20,000 bases of DNA from an uncultured virus (IMG/VR IMGVR_UViG_3300023179_000081) (IMGVR_UViG_3300023179_000081), one strand, 5' to 3'. Numbered from the stretch's first letter, positions 8,594 to 15,707 are shown. Notes: a model not told the origin generated them from the letters alone. Made by a program: numbers and translations.

Positions 8594-9157
8594 CTAAGCC
8601 ATATCAAGCTTCCGAAGCATTTCTTGCAAAGAAATCAAATCGTCTGGATTTAATTCGTCAAAGCTGTAAGCCCTGACGAGTTTAACTGGATGATGATCTT
8701 CAACGCCACAATCGCTATCGAGAAAGAAAAACCGGTCTTGCTCGGTTAATGGCGTTGTATTATTGCCCTTATAAACCTCAAAAGTTTCTTGATCAAGATC
8801 AATAACGTAGCACCATTCACAAAATAGTGAATCTGCTGCGAACTGCTCGTCGTCTTGAACTGGCAAGATTTCGTCACCTTCATATTCGTCAAGGTATCGA
8901 AGTAATTCAGCGCCGTGAAGCTTGTAGGATAGCCAAGGATATTTTTCGTGCCAATCTGGAGTGGATTGCAAAAGTAAATCATCTTCAGATGCAAAACGTA
9001 CCTTCGACATCAATTCTCGAATCCGCTTTGCGCCAGCATGCTTAATGAATGTTGCAAGATCAAATCCTAGTCCGGTCAGGTAGCCGTCGCTATTCCCATA
9101 CTTAGACAGCCTAGTTAGGCCGTCAAACTTAACAATTGTGAGGTTTCGTGTTCCCAT
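8594..9157 (-). CDS. Conserved-looking phage hypothetical protein (MGTRNLT...DGY...DSLFCEWCYVIDLD)
   Basis: Start re-assigned to ATG 9157 at motif copy 14. Confidence 0.85.
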   Translation of the reverse strand: MGTRNLTIVKFDGLTRLSKYGNSDGYLTGLGFDLATFIKHAGAKRIRELMSKVRFASEDDLLLQSTPDWHEKYPWLSYKLHGAELLRYLDEYEGDEILPVQDDEQFAADSLFCEWCYVIDLDQETFEVYKGNNTTPLTEQDRFFFLDSDCGVEDHHPVKLVRAYSFDELNPDDLISLQEMLRKLDMA

Positions 9158-9162
9158 GGTGT

Positions 9163-9195
9163 TTATTATACCTTTAGATCGTGAGGGTTGGAAAA
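9163..9195 (-). promoter_or_regulatory. Motif copy 14, leaderless-type promoter
   Basis: TATAAT-7nt-ATG(9157), with palindrome AATCGCGCGATT at 9194-9205. Confidence 0.85.
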
Positions 9196-9203
9196 TCGCG
9201 CGA

Positions 9204-9788
9204 TTAGAGGCTCTTGATCTGAGTCTCTTCGAATGTAATTCGTCGGTAGCGCCCAAGCTGATGTGGCAGAACCTTTGTTCCAGGACGATCTGTGGTAGCC
9301 CAAGCTCCATTATAATATTCGTCTGTTGGTTCAATAGATTGACCAACTTCAGGATACAAATAGTTGATATTCAAATAGCCAATAGAATCCACATTAACAC
9401 TGATTGGTCTCATATAATTGTGAGAACATTTCTCTTCAATCTTTGTACCAAACCTATATGCAGCAACGTCAAAAAGATCGACTTGGCCGTTCATTTTAGT
9501 AAAATACACGTCTCCCGGCAATAGCATATCTCCGGCGCGAAGTTCAATCCAATTATTTTTAATCTCTCGTGGAATTTCATACCAAACACAATGCTCAAAA
9601 CATGCGTGTTGATTTCTGTCGGTATGTGAGTGTGTGCTGTAAGACTTAACGACGATAGAGCAAAGATGAAGCACTCCAAGAAAAGCATTTAGTGTCTCTT
9701 CTTTCTGAAACCTGGCCATCTTTAGGCCAAAAACATTTTCATCCTGATCAATCGAGTGTCGAGTAAAGATTGTGCGTTGTGTGCTCAT
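9204..9788 (-). CDS. Hypothetical protein, paralog of 19172..19732
   Basis: Shared ARF..E..LN.FL..L, ELR.GD.LLP.DV.F and QLG.YRR motifs. Confidence 0.85.
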   Translation of the reverse strand: MSTQRTIFTRHSIDQDENVFGLKMARFQKEETLNAFLGVLHLCSIVVKSYSTHSHTDRNQHACFEHCVWYEIPREIKNNWIELRAGDMLLPGDVYFTKMNGQVDLFDVAAYRFGTKIEEKCSHNYMRPISVNVDSIGYLNINYLYPEVGQSIEPTDEYYNGAWATTDRPGTKVLPHQLGRYRRITFEETQIKSL

Positions 9789-9793
9789 TGTGT

Positions 9794-9826
9794 TTATTAT
9801 ACCTTTAGATTGTGAGTGTTGGAAAA
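9794..9826 (-). promoter_or_regulatory. Motif copy 15, leaderless-type promoter
   Basis: TATAAT-7nt-ATG(9788). Confidence 0.85.
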
Positions 9827-9827
9827 T

Positions 9828-9897
9828 TGGAGCCGAGCAGGAGAATCAAACTCCTCTAGAGGCATTACAAGTGCATCTTCGTCTCAGACGGCCCGGC
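9828..9897 (-). tRNA. tRNA-Thr(TGT)-like with shortened D-arm
   Basis: Acceptor GCCGGGC/GCTCGGC-T-CCA, anticodon loop CTTGTAA, T-arm AGGAG-TTTGATT-CTCCT, 70 nt. Confidence 0.75.
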
Positions 9898-10203
9898 AAG
9901 TTTTTCTTCAATCTTATGCTTTTTTTGATTGCAGCCATAACAGCAGATCACAACAAAGTTTTCTTCGTCTTCATACCTGCCAGAACCTTTCGAATAATAA
10001 TGATCAAGTGTGGCAAAATTATCTGGCAAAGAATCACAATGGTCTTCGTTATAGACCACGACGCCGCCGCAATACGCACAATTGTGTGTTTTTGTTAGAA
10101 GCCACTTCCTTGTGGCTTTAGTGCTATAACAAGTATTTTTGTTTATGAATGACCTTGGGGTGTCAAACTTTACTGCAAACAGTTCTTCAATACGCTTCGC
10201 CAT
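9865..10203 (-). CDS. HNH endonuclease (McrA-like, zinc-binding)
   Basis: CAYCG...ATLDHYYSK...N.V.CCYGCNQKK. Confidence 0.85.
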   Translation of the reverse strand: MAKRIEELFAVKFDTPRSFINKNTCYSTKATRKWLLTKTHNCAYCGGVVVYNEDHCDSLPDNFATLDHYYSKGSGRYEDEENFVVICCYGCNQKKHKIEEKLAGPSETKMHL

Positions 10204-10276
10204 AGAGATTCATGATTATTCCCGCCGAAGATAATCCGGCGCTTTAGCTTTGGATAGGAATCGGCATTCCGTGTGT

Positions 10277-10309
10277 TTATTATACCCGGAATTCCTGAGG
10301 GTTAGAAAA
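10277..10309 (-). promoter_or_regulatory. Motif copy 16 (precedes a structured leader, HNH gene and tRNA)
   Basis: TTCTAA-17-TATAAT, no adjacent ATG. Confidence 0.8.
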
Positions 10310-10317
10310 TCGCGCCA

Positions 10318-11040
10318 TTAGAGTTCCTCAATCACTTCAAACCGCTTGCAGCGAATCTTTCCACAATTGTGAACTAATGCTGCCACATCATCTAGGTGAA
10401 TTTTTACCTTGACAAGTTTTTCATCACAATATTCACAAGCTTTCTCTTCGGTCCAAGCGGAAAGACCGAATGAATTTTCTTCGTCCAGACTGTGATCTGC
10501 GTGAGCTTCGTAAATACCACCTAGTTCATAATGGTATTGAAAGTTGTATTTAGAATAACCATCTGAGCGAATACCTTTGAAAGCAATAACATAATCACCA
10601 TCGAGTTTGTATAGATTGCAATTTTCAATTACCTTTCGTTTGGTTTCTTTATCTGCGTATAGCCAGTTGTTTTCTGGTAGTTCCAGATTGTGTTTGGTTC
10701 GGAATTCATCGGAGAGTTTTTGATAGTAGTTGATCCAAGGCAAAGACACACGATCAGAATTACGTTCAATGAATTCCTCAGAGAGTTTTTGATATTGACT
10801 TATGTAATACCAAGCCACACGATCTGCATTTCGATTAATGAACGCCTCAGAGAGTTTTTGATATTGACTTATGTAATACCAAGCCACACGATCTGCATTA
10901 CGTTCAATGAATTCCTCGGATAATTTTTGATATTGACTTATGTATTCCCAATCCACACGATCTGCATGGCGTTCAATGAATTCTTCGGAGATTGGTTTCT
11001 TGTAGCTTTCGTAGTTGTAAAAATCAAATTCTGGTGTCAT
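10318..11040 (-). CDS. Tryptophan-repeat protein (4 x 23-aa KLSEEFIERNADRVxWxYISQYQ) with conserved phage C-terminal domain
   Basis: 69-bp coding repeats at ~10710-10995, C-terminal GKIRC..FEVIEEL. Paralog of 14353..15015. Confidence 0.9.
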   Translation of the reverse strand: MTPEFDFYNYESYKKPISEEFIERHADRVDWEYISQYQKLSEEFIERNADRVAWYYISQYQKLSEAFINRNADRVAWYYISQYQKLSEEFIERNSDRVSLPWINYYQKLSDEFRTKHNLELPENNWLYADKETKRKVIENCNLYKLDGDYVIAFKGIRSDGYSKYNFQYHYELGGIYEAHADHSLDEENSFGLSAWTEEKACEYCDEKLVKVKIHLDDVAALVHNCGKIRCKRFEVIEEL

Positions 11041-11044
11041 GTGT

Positions 11045-11077
11045 TTATTATACCTTCAGAGTGTGAGCGTGAGAAAA
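11045..11077 (-). promoter_or_regulatory. Motif copy 17, leaderless-type promoter
   Basis: TTCTCA-17-TATAAT-6nt-ATG(11040). Confidence 0.85.
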
Positions 11078-11099
11078 TCGCGCGGGTTCCGTCAGCCCA

Positions 11100-11402
11100 T
11101 CAAGATAAGGAGTTATTATAGTCCCTCAAGAGAAAAACTGTAATTGGATGATTCCGATCTTTAATCTCATCACAAATAGAAGCAACATCACCTTCCCAAT
11201 GGTATTCTGTGATTGCAGAAATAGAATCATCAGAAAGGTGATTTTTAAGGATGTATTCCAAAAAATGATAACACACTTTTCCGGGATACATCGTCCAGCC
11301 ATCTTTGACGTAAATCGGCATCGCACGAGCGTCCTCCATCAATTCGCGGATTCGATTCACGATGGTTTCAGGAAGCTGATTTGATCCGACTAATGGTGCC
11401 AT
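11100..11402 (-). CDS. Hypothetical protein
   Basis: 100 aa, GAGGAAAG Shine-Dalgarno before ATG. Confidence 0.8.
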   Translation of the reverse strand: MAPLVGSNQLPETIVNRIRELMEDARAMPIYVKDGWTMYPGKVCYHFLEYILKNHLSDDSISAITEYHWEGDVASICDEIKDRNHPITVFLLRDYNNSLS

Positions 11403-11412
11403 TGTTCTTTCC

Positions 11413-11715
11413 TCAGAAAGTACTGATCGTTCCAGTTAGCTTATCAGCCTCAATGTAAAGATGATCACTTGGAAGATTAAACTTACTGGCGGAGAACCTA
11501 ACAGAGCCGTCTTTCTCGACCTTGTAGTTGCCATTAGGGTTTGGAACGATTTCTACGGTTAAGCCGTTGCGACTTCGCGAGATCATTACTCGGCTTCCAG
11601 GCTCAATGCCCGTGTGTTTTGCTCCAGCAACTGGAATTCGCAAACGATTGCGGCTTCCAGTTCGGGAAATAAAGCTTACTTCGATGGATTTCAGTTTGTG
11701 ATTGATTTTGTTCAT
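11413..11715 (-). CDS. AbrB/MazE/SpoVT-like swapped-hairpin DNA-binding protein
   Basis: RNRLRIPVAGAKHTGIEPGSRVMI...GLTVEIVP resembles the AbrB pattern (xIP..IR..LGI.PGD.V.I). Start set at MNKINHK, downstream of motif copy 18. Confidence 0.6.
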   Translation of the reverse strand: MNKINHKLKSIEVSFISRTGSRNRLRIPVAGAKHTGIEPGSRVMISRSRNGLTVEIVPNPNGNYKVEKDGSVRFSASKFNLPSDHLYIEADKLTGTISTF

Positions 11716-11744
11716 TTTCTTTTCTCTGCTCAATAGCGTTGTCA

Positions 11745-11777
11745 TTATTATACCCAAACGCGCTGAGGGTTAGAAAA
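11745..11777 (-). promoter_or_regulatory. Motif copy 18 (leadered)
   Basis: TTCTAA-17-TATAAT. Confidence 0.8.
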
Positions 11778-11784
11778 AAATCCA

Positions 11785-12207
11785 TCAATTCAAGCTCATC
11801 AATGCAGTGGCATCGTCTTTGCCTTTCATATATCCAAACTTAAAAACTCTGAGAAACATGTCGTAATGCATTTGCTCTCGCCAGGTCCTGTCCTGATCTT
11901 CGTATAGATAGAGTTGATCTTTATACAAATAAGAATATCGATTGAAACTATCATTAATGATCTCTTTTTCAAGCGATTCGAAATCAATCACTTGGTGGCC
12001 ACTTAAAACATGATTAGCGCCAGTTACGTAGCCGAAAGTTGCAGCGTAGTCTTCGCCAACATATGTATTAATTACACTCGACATTAGAAAAGATAGCTTG
12101 ATTAAGTCAGTTTTTCTTTCAGACTGCCCAAGGTCAACTAATTTTCGAGCAGTCTGAAATTTTTTGCATTCAGAATTTGGTAACGAACTAAATTTGTATT
12201 TAATCAT
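11785..12207 (-). CDS. Hypothetical protein
   Basis: ATG 12207 (MIKYKF) lies just past the upstream stop at 12212. Confidence 0.75.
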   Translation of the reverse strand: MIKYKFSSLPNSECKKFQTARKLVDLGQSERKTDLIKLSFLMSSVINTYVGEDYAATFGYVTGANHVLSGHQVIDFESLEKEIINDSFNRYSYLYKDQLYLYEDQDRTWREQMHYDMFLRVFKFGYMKGKDDATALMSLN

Positions 12208-12211
12208 TTTT

Positions 12212-12679
12212 TCACCAGTGAATATGCAATGAGTCACTGGCAAAATTCCAGCTAGCCCCGTATCCAAGTTTTTTCATCATTTTTTCGATTTGGTCAATTA
12301 TGTCTGCCATTAATTCTTCGCGACTAACATCGAATTCTGAAAGTTCTGAGAATTGACCAATCGTGAATTGACATTTATTTTTTCCTTTTTTAGCTTGCAA
12401 TAAGCATTCTTTCGTAATTATCGGAATGGCGATCTCTACAATTTGTTTTACCATTCCGGAACGATCATTTATGGCTTTGTCAGTGATCTTGCGAATTTCG
12501 GAAGCGGTGTAAATATGATTTTCTGGTTTGTTGCTCATGGTTGTTTTGTGTGGGTCTTTTATTTCGGAGTAGTCGCCTCGCATCCATTTTGGCCAAGATA
12601 GAACAAAATTCGCCGTCTTATCGACGAAATTTCGTTCATCTCGCCTTTCTTTTGTGTCAGCTTTAAGCTCGATCCTCAT
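12212..12679 (-). CDS. Hypothetical protein
   Basis: 155-aa ORF overlapping the end of the macro-domain gene. Confidence 0.75.
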   Translation of the reverse strand: MRIELKADTKERRDERNFVDKTANFVLSWPKWMRGDYSEIKDPHKTTMSNKPENHIYTASEIRKITDKAINDRSGMVKQIVEIAIPIITKECLLQAKKGKNKCQFTIGQFSELSEFDVSREELMADIIDQIEKMMKKLGYGASWNFASDSLHIHW

Positions 12680-13187
12680 TTAGTTTTTCCTGGTAAACTT
12701 GAAACTCTTGTTCACCAAACATAGCAAACACAATGGTTTCGAGGCTGGTTTCATTGACCTTGAGCCAATCGAAAATGGTTGACAATGCAATATCGCAAGC
12801 CTCTTCCAGAGGATATCCATAGATTCCAGTGCTAATTGAGCAGAAAGCTATAGTCTTAGCGCCAGCTAAAGTTGCCGTGGAAAGAATTGCAGTGTACACA
12901 CTAGCGAGTGCGTCACTCTCACCAGATTCACCGTCGATCCACACCGGACCAGGAGCGTGAATGATTGATTGTGGTAAATTAAAACCACTGGTTAGGACCA
13001 CTTCACCTGCCTTGATTGGGTTCGGGTACTGCTCTTTGAGATACGCGAGCAAATCTGGTCCGGCAAAATTATGGATTGCGCCGTCGATACCGCCGCCGCC
13101 ACGAAGCCTTGCGTTTGCCGCGTTAACAATGATATCAACATCTTGATCGATAACCGATCCCCTGACTAGCTTAAATTCTTGTGTCAT
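12663..13187 (-). CDS. Macro domain protein (YmdB/MacroD-like ADP-ribose hydrolase)
   Basis: DIIVNAANARLRGGGGIDGAIH, IIHAPGPVW and IAFCSISTGIYGYP motifs. Start re-assigned to ATG 13187 at motif copy 19. Confidence 0.93.
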   Translation of the reverse strand: MTQEFKLVRGSVIDQDVDIIVNAANARLRGGGGIDGAIHNFAGPDLLAYLKEQYPNPIKAGEVVLTSGFNLPQSIIHAPGPVWIDGESGESDALASVYTAILSTATLAGAKTIAFCSISTGIYGYPLEEACDIALSTIFDWLKVNETSLETIVFAMFGEQEFQVYQEKLNEDRA

Positions 13188-13191
13188 GTGT

Positions 13192-13224
13192 TTATTATAC
13201 CCGTTGGTTTTGAGTGTTGGAAAG
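13192..13224 (-). promoter_or_regulatory. Motif copy 19, leaderless-type promoter
   Basis: TATAAT-6nt-ATG(13187). Confidence 0.85.
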
Positions 13225-13280
13225 ATTGTGAGGGAGGGTGGTGCATAGGTGGTCCTAATTTTATTGTGCAATTATGTAAT

Positions 13281-13955
13281 ATGACTGAAAAACAAAAACA
13301 ACTTATCGAATCTCTTAAAGACTATTATAATCAACACGAATTTATATCAAAATTAAAGTTCCCTAGATCAACAACTATAAATAGGCATTTTGGATCTTGG
13401 AATAAAGCATTATCTCAGGCTGGAATTCCAACTAGAGAAAGAGTCACCGAGCGTGTTGAATTGGCATGTAAGAAATGTGGAGCATCATTCACGCGCCCGC
13501 AATCGGGAGTTCAGCAAAATAATTTTTGCAACAAATCATGTGCTGCGTCATATAACAATCGTGTCCAAAAACGCAAAAATAAACCAAAACAGGAATGTGA
13601 AGGGTGCAAGGCCGATGTCAATATTGGTATTCAATTTTGTAAACAATGCATTATTGATCGTCGCGACGTGCCTATAAGTGAGCTATTCTATGAAGGTAAC
13701 AGAGCCAGTAAATACGCAAAAATCAGACATCGCGCTCGAAAATCTTACCTGAAGGAAAAACCATATGAATGTGCTGTTTGTGGATATAAGCTACATATTG
13801 AGGTGGCGCATCTCAAAGCCATTAGTAAATTTGAACCACATACATTGTTGTCAGTTGTTAACAATTTAAGTAATTTAGTTGGTTTATGTAAACGATGCCA
13901 TTGGGAACTAGATAATGGACATCTTAAATTAGAACCAAATGAAATTGAAAAATGA
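13281..13955 (+). CDS. HNH homing-type endonuclease with N-terminal FGSWNKAL repeat and zinc fingers
   Basis: RHFGSWNKALSQAG, CKKC...FCNKSC and CAVCG...EVAH...NNLSNLVGLCKRCHWELD. Only credible plus-strand gene, and it looks AT-rich. Confidence 0.88.
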   Translation: MTEKQKQLIESLKDYYNQHEFISKLKFPRSTTINRHFGSWNKALSQAGIPTRERVTERVELACKKCGASFTRPQSGVQQNNFCNKSCAASYNNRVQKRKNKPKQECEGCKADVNIGIQFCKQCIIDRRDVPISELFYEGNRASKYAKIRHRARKSYLKEKPYECAVCGYKLHIEVAHLKAISKFEPHTLLSVVNNLSNLVGLCKRCHWELDNGHLKLEPNEIEK

Positions 13956-13998
13956 TCTTCATTAGTTTCGAACTGATTCGCTTACTTTTATGAAGAAA

Positions 13999-14077
13999 TG
14001 GTGGGCACGCTCAGATTCAAACTGAGTCACTCTCGCTTATGAGGCGAACGCTAGAAATTCATACCAGCTTCGTGCCC
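13999..14077 (-). tRNA. tRNA with CAT anticodon (Met or lysidine-type Ile2)
   Basis: Acceptor GGGCACG/CGTGCCC-A-CCA, anticodon arm TTCGC-CTCATAA-GCGAG, T-arm CTCAG-TTTGAAT-CTGAG. Confidence 0.85.
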
Positions 14078-14102
14078 AAAACCTATACATATCACAATCG
14101 TT

Positions 14103-14172
14103 ACACTCAAGAACTACACTCAAAAACTTCTCTCAAGAACTACACTCGCCAGAGCTTCACTCAAGAGCTACA
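14103..14172. repeat. Five imperfect 13-bp tandem repeats (ACACTCAAGAACT)
   Basis: ACACTCAAGAACT, ACACTCAAAAACT, TCTCTCAAGAACT, ACACTCGCCAGAGCT, TCACTCAAGAGCT, then ACA. Confidence 0.9.
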
Positions 14173-14188
14173 TTTCCTTGCGACATTC

Positions 14189-14221
14189 TTATTATACACA
14201 ATCGCTCTGAGTGTTAGAAAA
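14189..14221 (-). promoter_or_regulatory. Motif copy 20 (precedes the repeat leader and tRNA-CAT)
   Basis: TTCTAA-17-TATAAT with TG before the -10 box. Confidence 0.8.
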
Positions 14222-14223
14222 AC

Positions 14224-14300
14224 TGGTAGACGCGGTAGGATTTGAACCCACGACCTGACGGTTATATGCCACCTGCTCTAACCAACTGAGCTACACGTCC
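14224..14300 (-). tRNA. tRNA-Ile(TAT)
   Basis: GGACGTG-TA-GCTC-AGTTGGTTA-GAGC-A-GGTGG-CATATAA-CCGTC-AGGTC-GTGGG-TTCAAAT-CCTAC-CGCGTCT-A-CCA. Confidence 0.88.
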
Positions 14301-14311
14301 ACTTTACACCC

Positions 14312-14344
14312 TTATTATACCCAATGGTTCTGAGCGTGAGAAAA
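14312..14344 (-). promoter_or_regulatory. Motif copy 21 (precedes tRNA-Ile)
   Basis: TTCTCA-17-TATAAT, 13 nt before the tRNA 5' end. Confidence 0.85.
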
Positions 14345-14352
14345 TCGCGCCA

Positions 14353-15015
14353 TTAGAGTTCCTCAATCACTTCAAACCGAGTACAACGAATCTTGCCACC
14401 ATTGTGAACAAGCGCTGCAACATCGTCTAGATGAATTTTGACCTTGATGAGTTTCTGATCACAATATGCACGAGCTTTCTTTTCAGTCCATGCGGAAAGA
14501 CCGAATGAATTTTCATTGTACAGATTGTGATCTGCGTGAGCTTCGTAAATACCTCCCAATTCATAATGGTTTTGGAAGTTATAGACAGAATAACCATCTG
14601 ATCGAATCCCTTTATAAGCAATCACATAATCGCCATCGAGTTCATAAAAGCCAAGATCTTCAATTGCTTTTCGCTTAGTTTCTTTATCTGCGTATAGCCA
14701 GTTGTTTTCTGGAAGGTTCAGATTGTGTTTAATGCGGAATTCCTCGGAGAGCTTCTGGTATTTGCTGATGTAATGCCATCCTACCCATCCTACACGATCT
14801 GCATTGCGTTCAATGAATTCCTCGGAGAGTTTTTGGTGTGCGCTTATACATAGCCAATTCACACGATCTGCATTGCGTTCAATGAATTGCTCGGAGAGTT
14901 TTTGACGGCTACTGATGTAATACCAATCCACACGCTTGGAATGTCGTTCAATGAATTCATCGGAGAGTGGCTGCTTGTAGCTATTATAGTCATTAAAATC
15001 AAATTCTGGTGTCAT
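14353..15015 (-). CDS. Tryptophan-repeat protein (3 x 23-aa repeats), paralog of 10318..11040
   Basis: Start re-assigned to ATG 15015 (MTPEFDF, same as the paralog). Strong DNA similarity to the paralog. Confidence 0.9.
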   Translation of the reverse strand: MTPEFDFNDYNSYKQPLSDEFIERHSKRVDWYYISSRQKLSEQFIERNADRVNWLCISAHQKLSEEFIERNADRVGWVGWHYISKYQKLSEEFRIKHNLNLPENNWLYADKETKRKAIEDLGFYELDGDYVIAYKGIRSDGYSVYNFQNHYELGGIYEAHADHNLYNENSFGLSAWTEKKARAYCDQKLIKVKIHLDDVAALVHNGGKIRCTRFEVIEEL

Positions 15016-15019
15016 GTGT

Positions 15020-15052
15020 TTATTATACCCGTTGGTTTTGAGCGTTAGAAAA
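15020..15052 (-). promoter_or_regulatory. Motif copy 22, leaderless-type promoter
   Basis: TATAAT-6nt-ATG(15015). Confidence 0.85.
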
Positions 15053-15061
15053 TCGTGTGGA

Positions 15062-15670
15062 TTAAGCGTTGACTTTAGCGTATGGATTGATGCCATAAGC
15101 GTTAATTAACAATTGTTTGTTAATTAACGCATCCTTACTCACGCGCTCTTCGAGTTCATATGAGCCATTTGAGATATCCATTGGCCATTTATATTCTTGG
15201 CAAAAAAGCTCCGAATGCTTCATCTCTTCCCAATCAAATTCTCGATACCAAGCAATCGTCAGATGTGCATTTTTCTGGCCTTTTAATAGTTCCTCATATC
15301 CTTTCTGAAGTAGGCGATATCGATGACTGCTGTGAACTAGTTCATCTCCCCACCAGATGGGCAATTCGCTATCTGAAACCAAATCACGATACATACACAA
15401 TCGTTCCTTGCAATAATCAGATTTAAAGTTCCTATGATCACATTCAGCGATGCCAGCCGCAAGATAATCGATCAATGCTCCTGGTGTGGGTTTCCACATC
15501 ATCAAGGCAGGATGGTTAGTCCATCCTGTGCGCGGCTTCCCGCTTTTCGTAGGCAGATCAAGTATCGTATCGAGCAACTGTGTGGTTTCGAGATTTTGCT
15601 TGACAAGTCTACGGTTATCTAAGCACTTGTGAGATTTCGCGAAATCAGCATACGGAACAAATGTTTGCAT
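15062..15670 (-). CDS. Pyrimidine-dimer DNA glycosylase/endonuclease V-like protein (MSMEG_6728-type)
   Basis: MQTFVPYADF...LDNRRLVKQNLE..Q...GWTNHPALMMW...P.WWGDELVHSSHR..LL.K. Confidence 0.85.
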   Translation of the reverse strand: MQTFVPYADFAKSHKCLDNRRLVKQNLETTQLLDTILDLPTKSGKPRTGWTNHPALMMWKPTPGALIDYLAAGIAECDHRNFKSDYCKERLCMYRDLVSDSELPIWWGDELVHSSHRYRLLQKGYEELLKGQKNAHLTIAWYREFDWEEMKHSELFCQEYKWPMDISNGSYELEERVSKDALINKQLLINAYGINPYAKVNA

Positions 15671-15674
15671 ACGT

Positions 15675-15707
15675 TTATTATACCCTCGTTCTGCGAGTGT
15701 CGGAAAA
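15675..15707 (-). promoter_or_regulatory. Motif copy 23, leaderless-type promoter
   Basis: TTCCGA-17-TATAAT-6nt-ATG(15670), CTCG variant of the box. Confidence 0.8.

Noticed and set aside
10318..15015. Paralog pair as a diversity-generating retroelement template and variable region
   Set aside because: Both are intact full genes, the differences do not appear adenine-specific, and no reverse transcriptase is in the window.
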